A stretch of DNA of 64,000 nt. Origin: Candidatus Hydrogenedentota bacterium. Lineage in GTDB: Bacteria > Hydrogenedentota > Hydrogenedentia > Hydrogenedentales > SLHB01. The notes below the pieces were generated by a model, which saw only the letters and a list, made by a program, of their open reading frames with translations, did no database searches and was not told the DNA's origin. The DNA lies in the NCBI GenBank assembly GCA_045863295.1, contig BTWA01000001.1, forward strand, positions 96,001 to 160,000. The letters are read 5' to 3'. Position 1 is the stretch's first letter, and each line of letters begins with the position of its first letter. Below are positions 1 to 8,795 of this stretch, piece by piece. Made by a program: the position numbers and the translations under genes.

Positions 1-1
1 G

Positions 2-343
2 GGTCTTATCTCTCAACGCCCCGGCGATGACCCGGCATCCGTGCTCCATGAAGTCCTGCGCGTTGGTGATAAGCGTAGGTATCCAACGCGACACGCCAGT
101 GGCCGCGAGACCGTCGTTAACGGTCAACACGTCCTCCGGCGTCGTGGCGATGCCTTGCAAGTCCGTGCCTTTATAGCCGTTCACCTGAATGTCGAAAAGT
201 GTGGGCCCGATAATGGTGGCCGCGGAGCCCGCGTCAGGTTTTGCCTTTCCGGGCGGCCCCATTGACTTAACGACGCCATTTTCAATTTGCAGATCAACGG
301 GCTTCTTCGCGCCCATTGGGACGCCGCGAATGATGGTCTTCAT
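2..343 (-). CDS. nagA: N-acetylglucosamine-6-phosphate deacetylase (amidohydrolase), 5' part; runs off the window edge
   Basis: Manual translation from ATG at 343 gives MKTIIRG...GPTLFDIQVNGYKGTDL...GVSRWIPTLIT, matching the NagA PGxxDxQVNG and GxTxxxPTLIT motifs. Not in the ORF track. Confidence 0.8.
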   Translation of the reverse strand, partial: MKTIIRGVPMGAKKPVDLQIENGVVKSMGPPGKAKPDAGSAATIIGPTLFDIQVNGYKGTDLQGIATTPEDVLTVNDGLAATGVSRWIPTLITNAQDFMEHGCRVIAGALRDKT

Positions 344-499
344 GAGCAGATTATAACCGGGACGCGAAAGCGAACCAACGTGACCGCCTTCCTCGCCTGA
401 CTGTCACGAAAGGCGTTGCTCTACCGGAGCCATGCGCCGTTGAACCCCGTGTCCGACGCGAGAGCGCATTCCCGGGCATTGGAGTGAAAGAAAGGATAG

Positions 500-2044
500 T
501 CATTCTTGTTTCAAAGGTGCTTCCAATACCCGCGCGGTGCAGTTGATGACGCGGCCAGTGAGCGGCCCATATACACCCTTGCCCAGACGAATTGCGGCAG
601 GTATGCGATTCGCGAAGTCTTCCGGAATCTGGATTGCGTGCTTCGCCAGCAATGCGGCGTCCTGATAAATGAAGAGTCCTTCCCGATCGCAAACGAATCG
701 AAATGTGGTACTCGGTTTCCACACGATTTGGCCGGAAGCTTGCGCTGGCCCCGTCAATCGATGGATAGCGCCGTATTGGCTTACCACCTCGGGCGTCAGG
801 AAATCGTACACAGCGGGATCCCACGCGTCGCCTCGTTTGTTCATGGTGGAAATATACAGACCGTGACTGGTGCCGACGAGGTTCATGATACGCTGTCCCC
901 AGAGATTGTAGTCGCCGGGTTTGCCTTGCATGGCGTCGCGGTAAGGTACATCGTTGCCGTCTATCACGGGAGAATGAAACACACGGCCCGCGAGACTCCA
1001 CTGCCTGGAATTGCAGTCAAGGCGCCACAATTCGCCCCAGGGCCACACACCGACGTAGAGGTCTCCTCCGTAAAACCCAAAAATCTGCGCCTCGCGGTTG
1101 GCGTCAATGGCGCCGGGTGCGCGCGGCACCGGCGGCGTGATAAGGGCCAGGTCTTTGCCCCGATACCCGTAGATGGATCCCGAAGGATAGTGGCCGATCC
1201 ACAACTCGTCGTACCAATAACTGACTGCGTACCCTTGCCAGCTTGTGCCATCCGATGCTCGAATGGTGCGGAGCTCGCCACTTTTATAGGCATAATTGTT
1301 GCCGATGTTTGACGAGATGAAGACCTCGTCGTTATATGCGCCAAAGACAAACAGAGTTCCGGCTACGTCGAATTGCTCTGGCGTCCCCTTCACCTGTGTC
1401 TGGGATGTGGGATCCCAATCGTAGATCCACAATTTCTGCGGCGCATCGTTCAGGTAGACATACAGCTTGCCGTTCACGAAGTAATAAAGCGCGGGCCGTT
1501 CCGGTTGGTATGCGATTTCGTCACCCAGCCAAACGTTGTTACCAGCAAACACGATGCGCCGGTTATCGACGAACTGCAGCCCGTTAAATTTCTCGGCTTG
1601 CATTCCAGTAAGGCCGTCATAGGGTTCGAACCCACCTTCTTTCACCTCTTTCAACTGGACAGGGACGCCGCCGCGAAAATAGGTGAGGAGCTTGTTGCTG
1701 TCGAGAATCAAACAAGAGGCATTGCGGTCGGGTCCGAACGGTTTTCCGACGACTTCAATAGTCGATCGGAAATCCTCTGCTTTGTAATAGAAATCAAGGG
1801 TGCGGTTGTTTGCCCGAGTGTAGAGCGAGTGAATATCGCTTGCGCCTGCGCCAAAGAGGACGTGTCCATTGGCGTCGACAACTTCAAACAGAGTTCCAAT
1901 CCGTTGCCCGCAATCCCGGCCGAGATCCAGGTGAACAGAGGCTTCGAACAACGGCGCTGCCATGGCGGACATCGCGAAGCCGAGAACTGTGAACGCCCAT
2001 ACTGCCAGGCTCGATGCAATCGAATAAGGCGATCGATTACGCAT
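500..2044 (-). CDS. Secreted hypothetical protein, probably beta-propeller rich
   Basis: 514-aa ORF with a signal peptide (AMSAMA|A) and propeller-like strings (YGGDLYVGVWPWGELWRLD); overlaps the upstream gene stop by 8 nt. Confidence 0.65.
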   Translation of the reverse strand: MRNRSPYSIASSLAVWAFTVLGFAMSAMAAPLFEASVHLDLGRDCGQRIGTLFEVVDANGHVLFGAGASDIHSLYTRANNRTLDFYYKAEDFRSTIEVVGKPFGPDRNASCLILDSNKLLTYFRGGVPVQLKEVKEGGFEPYDGLTGMQAEKFNGLQFVDNRRIVFAGNNVWLGDEIAYQPERPALYYFVNGKLYVYLNDAPQKLWIYDWDPTSQTQVKGTPEQFDVAGTLFVFGAYNDEVFISSNIGNNYAYKSGELRTIRASDGTSWQGYAVSYWYDELWIGHYPSGSIYGYRGKDLALITPPVPRAPGAIDANREAQIFGFYGGDLYVGVWPWGELWRLDCNSRQWSLAGRVFHSPVIDGNDVPYRDAMQGKPGDYNLWGQRIMNLVGTSHGLYISTMNKRGDAWDPAVYDFLTPEVVSQYGAIHRLTGPAQASGQIVWKPSTTFRFVCDREGLFIYQDAALLAKHAIQIPEDFANRIPAAIRLGKGVYGPLTGRVINCTARVLEAPLKQE

Positions 2045-3191
2045 ACAGATTGTCCGACAAATCGCACGTGCGATGGTTCACCTGCGCGAGCGGCGGCAAT
2101 CCATTCTCGGGATTGTCGAGATAAAAGAAACCAACCGCAGACAGGTCATCACGGCGGTACATGTTCACCCACGTGTCCCACGGCGACTCAAATTTGGTGA
2201 TGTCGATGGGCGGGTTCGGATCGAGTAAGTTGGTGTATGTATTTGGGTAGTCCGCGCTGACGGGCATAATTTCGACGCCCTTCTGAAGCATGACAAGCAA
2301 CTTTGCCTTCTCCGTGCCACCGATTTGCTGCAATGTGACGCGAATGTCCTTTTGAAAATAGATGGGCTCGGGAATGTGGTAGCGATAGAACGTGTAGTGC
2401 CGGTTCACGGGATCGCAGACGGGACACCCCTGGAAACGATTGAAGAACGTAGCTTGCTCCCAGCCGGAGCCGATGTAGTCTTCGGTGCCCGTGCCAACGA
2501 TGGTCGGATATTCCGAATCGCCATCCATATACATTTTCACTTCGCCTTCTCCCCACCAACCCACGTTGTCGGGATGTTCAATCAGTCCGACGTGCGCGCC
2601 GAGGTAACGTCCCCTTCCGGATATCTTCGGAAGCAGTTCAAAATCCTCTTTCAGCTTTGTATAGCGGACACGATGCCAACCGGCGTGTAAATACATCACA
2701 TCGTCAGGGTGTTCCGGCACGGTGGTGATGTCGATGTCGTAATACATTTTGTCAATGCCGACAGTGTTTTCATTCGTGATGGTCACTTTGGCGCTTTTGC
2801 GGAAGGGCATCTGCAAGAGGCAGTTGAACGACCGGCCTTCGGGATTGCTGAAGAGTTCGTTCTCGAATACAGCCGTGCGGCCGAGGATCGCACAAAAGAA
2901 ATCGCCGAAGGGCACGGACACGGCGGGCGTCGGGGCTCCGTCCCAATACATATCCAGGCGGAGCGAGCGGAGCATTTTGGGATCGCGTTCGCGAAACGTA
3001 AACCAAATTCGGTGGATCGTGCCCGCGCCTTTAACATCCATCAGCACGCGGGTCTGCCCGGGGTGCAATCGGTCGAAGGCGTGGCCTTTCGCGCCCTGGT
3101 TTTCCTTGGCTCCTTCGCCCTTGGCCCCGGTGGGGTTTTCAAACGTAAACCATCTGGACTCGACCCCTTTGGGCATTCGATAGATTTCCAT
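2037..3191 (-). CDS. DUF2961 / glycoside hydrolase family 172 protein
   Basis: Motifs FENPTGAKG, GAGTIHRIW, VPFGDFF, WWGEGEVKMYMDGD, GTGTEDY and YRYHIPEPIYF. Start reassigned to ATG 3191 with AAGGAG RBS. Confidence 0.88.
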   Translation of the reverse strand: MEIYRMPKGVESRWFTFENPTGAKGEGAKENQGAKGHAFDRLHPGQTRVLMDVKGAGTIHRIWFTFRERDPKMLRSLRLDMYWDGAPTPAVSVPFGDFFCAILGRTAVFENELFSNPEGRSFNCLLQMPFRKSAKVTITNENTVGIDKMYYDIDITTVPEHPDDVMYLHAGWHRVRYTKLKEDFELLPKISGRGRYLGAHVGLIEHPDNVGWWGEGEVKMYMDGDSEYPTIVGTGTEDYIGSGWEQATFFNRFQGCPVCDPVNRHYTFYRYHIPEPIYFQKDIRVTLQQIGGTEKAKLLVMLQKGVEIMPVSADYPNTYTNLLDPNPPIDITKFESPWDTWVNMYRRDDLSAVGFFYLDNPENGLPPLAQVNHRTCDLSDNLYA

Positions 3192-3327
3192 GTTGCGGGA
3201 CTCCTTCCAATAGCGATTGTTTGTGGGATCATAGCGCGCCGCAGGTTTGGAATCCCATTGCCGAATTTGATCCCATGGCACCCATCCTGTCATTAAATGC
3301 AATGAACATAGTTTGAGAGGAAGCATC

Positions 3328-5487
3328 GTGAACGGATATCAGAAAGCAATTGCCGCGTGTTTGGGCATTCTCGCGGCCCTGTTGACGCTGCTTGTGCTGT
3401 ATGCCGGGGGCGTGCGTGAGGCGGTGGAGACTGTGTCCGAAAAGGTTCGCCAGGCTGCGCCGGAGCAGAAGGCTGCTTCCGTGTCCTTTACATCTCCCGC
3501 GCCGGAGGTGACCGCGGAGGCGGCCGCTGTGCGGCCTGCATCGCCGCGTGACACCGGCGTTGTCTCGGGCGTTGTGTACACCATGGCGCATGAGCCGGTA
3601 GCCAATGCGGACGTGCGTCTGGTGCGCAAGGCGTGGGCCGAAGGTATACAACGCGTGCACCCGCCTGGTGCGAGCCAGACAACGTTGACCGGATCCGACG
3701 GCCGGTTCGCGATTTCGGGACTGGAATGGGGACGTTACGATGTTGAGGCGAGCCTGCCCGCAGAGAAAGGCACGGCGATGGCAGAGATACAACTTGCCTA
3801 CCCGCTGGCGCATGTGACGATTCACCTACGCGAAAAAGGGGCGATTGCCGGGCGCGTAGTCAACGAGCGAGGCGCACCGGTTCCGGGAGCAGAATTGCTG
3901 GCGTACAGACACGACAAACAGGCCATTGACGGCATGTTATGGGAATTGCCGTTGGCGATATCGGGTGGTGGCGGCGAATTCCGGATAGACAATTTGGAAG
4001 CGAGTACCTGGAGTTTCCTTGTGCGAGCGCCGGAGTATGCGCCCCTCGTGACTGATCCCTTGCCGGTGGGTGGTTCCCTTGAGACCATTACACTAAAGCG
4101 GGGCACGATCATCCGGGGGCTTGTTGCGGAAGTGGAAAGCGGTGCGCCTGTGGCGGAGTTTCCCTTGGTAATTGACTTGATTCATTACTTAAAGACTGAT
4201 GCACAGGGGCGCTTTGAGACGCTACTTGCCGACTGGTCCGGCGAGACCATACCGATACACGGCGTGGACGAGCGTTTTGTGCTTCCATCGGCGCACTTGA
4301 TCGATCAGAGCGATGCGGTGGAAGGCATTATCGCGGTGGAATTAAAAGTCTCCAAGGCGGCATCGGTGAGTGGGTATGTGTTGGGGGAGGCTACCCAGGA
4401 GCCATTGGCCGGGTGTGTGGTGGAAGCTCATGGACCTTCCAACGGGTACGCGGACACATGCGATGCCGAGGGATTTTATGAGATCCACGGACTGGCGCCG
4501 GGCGCCACGACCATCAAAGTGACCCAGACGCCGCGTGGCTACAGCGCGAGTGCGGCACGCGCGAATCCCAGAGAACTCACGACAGCGCCGGGAATGGTTC
4601 TTGAGAACCTGGATTTCGTATTGCCCGAGGGCATCTCGATTCGCGGTGTGGTGGTCGATGCCGAGGGTAGTCCCGTGCCCGGTGCAGAAGTGATTGCAAC
4701 GTCCGACGAGTATCTTACGTCCGGTACCGGCATTCATGCGTGGGAGGAGCGTGACGTGAGCGACGAGCGCGGCGCATTCGAAGTGATGCACTCGCTGGAA
4801 GGAGCGCACGTATACTTTAGCGCACGCGCCGAGTCAGGGTACGTTGTGAATGCGGGGCCGATGGAAGTGCCACCCGGCGGATTGGCCGGCGTTCGACTTG
4901 TTCTGGCGGAACCGTTGGACCGGGTTATCTTCGGTCAGTGTGTCGACGAGCAGGGCCGTCCCGTGGCGGCTCTTGTCACGATATGGCCATATTCCGACGT
5001 GCCCGCGTATGAGCGCTGGATGCCGGATAGGCGCTGGCCCACAGACCTGCAAGGCTACTTTACAATCTCGGAGCTGCCGCGAGGGGCCTACTCCCTTTGG
5101 GCGCAGTCGACGGGCAAAGGGACCTTCAGTATCCAGTATCGTGCGAGCACCCTGGACGCTCTGGGAGATCATGAATACGGCGTCGATCTCGCTAACCATC
5201 CGCAGCGAGGAGGCATTCGGCTGGTGTTGGCACGGAGAAGCGACTTGTCAGGGCAGGTTCTGGACGCCTCCGGCAATCCGATAAGCGGCGCAAAGCTAAC
5301 CATTCCTGTCCGCGAAGACGAACGGAATTACTCCATTGTGAAATACACAGGTCAAGACGGCGGCTACATGTTTAAGAATTTGCGCGACGGTGAATACACC
5401 GTAACCCTTGAAGCCAACGGAACGCAGACGACAGATCGCGCTACGATTGCAAACGGTGATGGCAAGTTGGATTTTATGGTGCAGTAG
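3328..5487 (+). CDS. Membrane-anchored protein with multiple carboxypeptidase-regulatory-like (transthyretin-fold) repeats
   Basis: N-terminal TM helix, then repeated IxGxVxDxxGxPVxGAxV...TDxxGxFxIxxLxxGxY units. GTG start after GAGAGG. Confidence 0.85.
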   Translation: MNGYQKAIAACLGILAALLTLLVLYAGGVREAVETVSEKVRQAAPEQKAASVSFTSPAPEVTAEAAAVRPASPRDTGVVSGVVYTMAHEPVANADVRLVRKAWAEGIQRVHPPGASQTTLTGSDGRFAISGLEWGRYDVEASLPAEKGTAMAEIQLAYPLAHVTIHLREKGAIAGRVVNERGAPVPGAELLAYRHDKQAIDGMLWELPLAISGGGGEFRIDNLEASTWSFLVRAPEYAPLVTDPLPVGGSLETITLKRGTIIRGLVAEVESGAPVAEFPLVIDLIHYLKTDAQGRFETLLADWSGETIPIHGVDERFVLPSAHLIDQSDAVEGIIAVELKVSKAASVSGYVLGEATQEPLAGCVVEAHGPSNGYADTCDAEGFYEIHGLAPGATTIKVTQTPRGYSASAARANPRELTTAPGMVLENLDFVLPEGISIRGVVVDAEGSPVPGAEVIATSDEYLTSGTGIHAWEERDVSDERGAFEVMHSLEGAHVYFSARAESGYVVNAGPMEVPPGGLAGVRLVLAEPLDRVIFGQCVDEQGRPVAALVTIWPYSDVPAYERWMPDRRWPTDLQGYFTISELPRGAYSLWAQSTGKGTFSIQYRASTLDALGDHEYGVDLANHPQRGGIRLVLARRSDLSGQVLDASGNPISGAKLTIPVREDERNYSIVKYTGQDGGYMFKNLRDGEYTVTLEANGTQTTDRATIANGDGKLDFMVQ

Positions 5488-5589
5488 CGCGGTTCGGAGA
5501 GATGTGTCGCCACAACGGCTTGAGTTTCGCATTCTGGATGCAAATGCTTTTCACTTGTCGACGATGTACTCTCCATCCTTGGGGACTAG

Positions 5590-7527
5590 CTAGTCGTACT
5601 GCGTCCGATCGGACCGGCGCTTTCGCCCATCTCGAATTGCGGAAATATCACCGTATGTGTACGGGCCCGAAACCGAAACGCTTCCAGCGGCCTCTTTCTT
5701 GAGGGGTACGTTCGAAATGATGCGCCACTGATAAGGCCGCATGTAATACTCGATATACTTTGCGTCCGACGCTTTCAAGCCGTCGACACGCGCGGTCATG
5801 TAATGCATCCAGTCACCGGATGTGAGTCGATCGATGATTTTGCCTTCGTGCCGATCGCCTGATTTGTCGATTATGCAGACACGGTCTGCAAAAGGCTGGT
5901 CCATGCGATTTGTCATGATGTTGAATTCGAGGCCGTATTCGGAGTCGCGCACGGGGGTGGTGACAATCTCGTACCCATCCATTCCCGTGGTTGTGTAGCC
6001 GTTTGCCATGGTCTCATTGCCTTGCTGCTTCCATGGTCCGACCGTAACAGCAAGATAGAGGTCAATCGCAGCGAGGCTATTCGACGTTGGCTTGCATATC
6101 ACCTCCCGCAGTGTATTTGATCCTTCCAAGAGACTACGACTTCCGCTCGTGTCACCACCTTCCTCCGCGAAGGATGTATAAACCTGAACATCCCTGTCCA
6201 CGAGATGGTGGCGAAACAGCACATAGCGCATGGGATTCGGGTCAGATTGGTCCGACATCGAATTTCCTGGGTCCAGGCCGGGCGGCAAGACTACGATGTC
6301 TCCGTTCGCTGAGCGCCAGACATTGGATTCCGGTTCGCGGACTCCCACCAGTTCAATCAAGCCTACAGAAGGGATGTCGATTGTAAAACTTGAAGGAAGT
6401 GGAATGGCGTCACTCGTACGGTCGAGCGGAGGTGTGCCGGAAACAAAAGGAACGGCCTCCGCTTCGGCGACTACCGGCAGGGTGCGGCGTACACCCAATC
6501 CAGACACACATAGCGAGACGGCAACGGCGGCAAACACCATGACCAACTTTGTGCGCAGGCTGATGCTGCTTCGGCTGCGGGTAGTCTGCAGCAGATAGCG
6601 AATGCGGCTTTCCAGCCGCGTGGTATGCGCCATGCCAACTGCAACCACTCCGTACACCACCGGGTTACTTTCACGCGCCGCCCGTACGAGGTGCTCCGCG
6701 TATGCGCTCGGGGTCGCGCCTAGCCGAAGCACCGTATCGTCGCACGCACGCTCGCGCTCCACGCGCATCCGGTGTGCCACGTACCAGACGAACGGATTGG
6801 GCCAATGGATTGCGCACGCCAGCGCGGCGAACCATTGCGACAAGAAATCGTTTCGACGTATGTGCGCCAGTTCATGCTGCACCACTGCAAGCATCATCTC
6901 GTCCGTCCAGGTTTCCGCCGTCGCAGGCAACAAAATTACAGGGCGCCAAGTGCCCCATGTCATAGGCGTTGATGCTGAGCGGCTGAGAAGTATGCAGACA
7001 TTCCGCCTCATGCCCATCCGTTGGGCTTCAGCGCGCCCCACTTCGGCGATGTGCTCTGGAGCTGGCGCCGCGTCGATTCGCCAACGCCGCAGTCGCGCGG
7101 TAGCGACCAACAGACGGGCGAGCAGAGCAAGTGTGCCAATTGCGAAGAGCCACAACGTTGCATTCGGCACGAAATGGACAAACCATCGTGCGTCCCATGG
7201 CGTTCCCTGCGCAATCGCGACGTTTGCCGTAGCCGTCACATCCTGTGCCGTTGCTTCAGACAATGTGGATAGCGGCGCAACAGACTCCAAAGGAACAGCC
7301 ACGGACCAATCTGGCGCGGTTGCAGGTAGGGGCACTTCGAGCCAGGCGTCGTTGAAGGAAAGGATCGGGAGCACGACAAGGGCCACGACGGCACACAGCA
7401 ATACCGCGTGCCGCTTTGCCGCCGACGATCTGTACAGGGGCACGGAAACCAGCAACGCCACCGTCGCCACGATCATACCCTTTCCAATAAGTGCCCACCC
7501 CGCCAGATTCGACTGGATAAAGTCCAT
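5590..7527 (-). CDS. BlaR1-type M56 family metallopeptidase sensor/transducer
   Basis: TM helices, TPMTWGTWRPVILLP, HELAH zinc motif, WPNPFVW and RERACDD; immediately downstream of a BlaI-family gene. Confidence 0.92.
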   Translation of the reverse strand: MDFIQSNLAGWALIGKGMIVATVALLVSVPLYRSSAAKRHAVLLCAVVALVVLPILSFNDAWLEVPLPATAPDWSVAVPLESVAPLSTLSEATAQDVTATANVAIAQGTPWDARWFVHFVPNATLWLFAIGTLALLARLLVATARLRRWRIDAAPAPEHIAEVGRAEAQRMGMRRNVCILLSRSASTPMTWGTWRPVILLPATAETWTDEMMLAVVQHELAHIRRNDFLSQWFAALACAIHWPNPFVWYVAHRMRVERERACDDTVLRLGATPSAYAEHLVRAARESNPVVYGVVAVGMAHTTRLESRIRYLLQTTRSRSSISLRTKLVMVFAAVAVSLCVSGLGVRRTLPVVAEAEAVPFVSGTPPLDRTSDAIPLPSSFTIDIPSVGLIELVGVREPESNVWRSANGDIVVLPPGLDPGNSMSDQSDPNPMRYVLFRHHLVDRDVQVYTSFAEEGGDTSGSRSLLEGSNTLREVICKPTSNSLAAIDLYLAVTVGPWKQQGNETMANGYTTTGMDGYEIVTTPVRDSEYGLEFNIMTNRMDQPFADRVCIIDKSGDRHEGKIIDRLTSGDWMHYMTARVDGLKASDAKYIEYYMRPYQWRIISNVPLKKEAAGSVSVSGPYTYGDISAIRDGRKRRSDRTQYD

Positions 7528-7529
7528 GA

Positions 7530-7916
7530 TCAGCGGCCCTCCTGTTTGGCCTGTTCAATAACAGCGATGATGCGACGATACTCATCCTCGCTCATGTCCT
7601 TGTCAGATACGTCGAGCAGCGCCGCGACGGCACGCTCGGGCGATCCACTGAAAAAGGTGTCAAGAACGCGCTTCATGGCCGCGCGCGCGGCGCGGGTTCT
7701 GGGGCGTGTGGCTTGATAGACATAGCGCGCGCCTTCCTTCTTGTGTTTGAGGTGGCCCTTGTCGACAAGGATGCGCAGCAGCGCACGTACGGTGGAATAG
7801 CTGGGAGGATCCGGGAGCGCGGCGTGTACATCCGCGGCCGTGACGTTGCCGTTGGCGTAGACGATATCCATGATTTGGCGTTCGCGTCGGCTGAGACGTT
7901 CGGCGGATTCGGGCAT
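7530..7916 (-). CDS. BlaI/MecI/CopY family transcriptional repressor
   Basis: LSRRERQIMDIVY, SYSTVRALLRILVDKG and LDTFFSGS; start at ATG 7916. Confidence 0.93.
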   Translation of the reverse strand: MPESAERLSRRERQIMDIVYANGNVTAADVHAALPDPPSYSTVRALLRILVDKGHLKHKKEGARYVYQATRPRTRAARAAMKRVLDTFFSGSPERAVAALLDVSDKDMSEDEYRRIIAVIEQAKQEGR

Positions 7917-7933
7917 TAGGTGTCCCCTATTGT

Positions 7934-7994
7934 ATGCTAATTTTTTAGCACATGTTCGATAGGGTGTCAAGAGGAAATGCTAAAAAATTAGCAT
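7934..7994 (-). promoter_or_regulatory. sigma70-type promoter of the blaI-M56 operon with two palindromic operators
   Basis: Minus-strand TTGACA (7970-7965), 17 nt, then TAAAAA preceded by TG. TGCTAA-N4-TTAGCA palindromes at 7935-7950 and 7978-7993. Confidence 0.8.
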
Positions 7995-8166
7995 CGATCC
8001 AAGGGGCGTCGCTAGGAACTGGCTGGCTGGCGGCGGGCTCAGTGACAAAAATTGTCACGAAGCGGCGTTTTTCCTGATTTTTCCGCTATTTGCAATCAGG
8101 TACGGGAAAAAGCCATGATGGCTTAAGCGATTGTGGCCGTAGCGTTTAGCGAAGTGGGAGCGGCGG

Positions 8167-8182
8167 TGGTACGGTTTGTGCT
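8167..8182 (+). promoter_or_regulatory. Candidate sigma54 (-24/-12) promoter of the pilin gene
   Basis: TGGTACGGTTTGTGCT has exact GG-N10-GC spacing and ends about 67 nt before the pilin ATG. Confidence 0.65.
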
Positions 8183-8249
8183 GCTTCCTTGGCAACGTAA
8201 AGGAGCCCAAGGCCTGAAGACGGCCTTGAAAGGAACAGGAGACACCGCC

Positions 8250-8738
8250 ATGAGCCGGAACCGAGGATTTACCCTCATCGAACTGATGATTGTGGTGGCT
8301 ATCATCGCGATCATTGCCGCGATCGCCATACCCAACTTGCTGCGGTCGCGCATGAGCGCGAACGAAGCCAGCGCATCCGGGTCGATGCGCACGATTTCTT
8401 CGGGAGAGGCCGCGTTCCAAACCGCGGCTTTTGTGGATGCCGACAGCGACGGAACCGGGGATTACGGTACACTGGCGCAATTGGCCAATCCGGACGGATC
8501 CGGCGCAACGGCTCCCTTCATAGACGGCGTGCTTGGCAACGGCACCCGCTACGGCTATGTGTTTACTGTTACCGTGACACTGGGCAGCAATACGGCCGTG
8601 GCCGCGTACACATGTACCGCCACACCGTCGTCAGCAGGCCGGACCGGCTGGCGTCAATATTTCGTAGACGATTCGGGCGTAATCCGATACACCTCGGATG
8701 GATCCGCCGCGAGCGTATCTTCGCCGCCATTGGATTAA
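8250..8738 (+). CDS. pilA: Type IV pilin, likely the major pilin
   Basis: Class III signal MSRNRG|FTLIELMIVVAIIAIIAAIAIP with Glu+5; AGGAG RBS; 162 aa; has its own promoter and terminator. Confidence 0.85.
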   Translation: MSRNRGFTLIELMIVVAIIAIIAAIAIPNLLRSRMSANEASASGSMRTISSGEAAFQTAAFVDADSDGTGDYGTLAQLANPDGSGATAPFIDGVLGNGTRYGYVFTVTVTLGSNTAVAAYTCTATPSSAGRTGWRQYFVDDSGVIRYTSDGSAASVSSPPLD

Positions 8739-8750
8739 CGTGTTGTCTTC

Positions 8751-8792
8751 TAACTGGCGGATATCCCTGCGACTTCCGCCGGTTATTTTTTT
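8751..8792 (+). terminator. Rho-independent terminator after the pilin gene
   Basis: TAACTGGCGGA...TCCGCCGGTTA stem followed by a T run. Confidence 0.75.
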
Positions 8793-8795
8793 GTG

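Noticed and set aside
8185..8245. c-di-GMP-I riboswitch in the pilin leader
   Set aside because: Only one hairpin; the GGCAAA...GAAA...GACGCAAA and tetraloop-receptor elements are absent.
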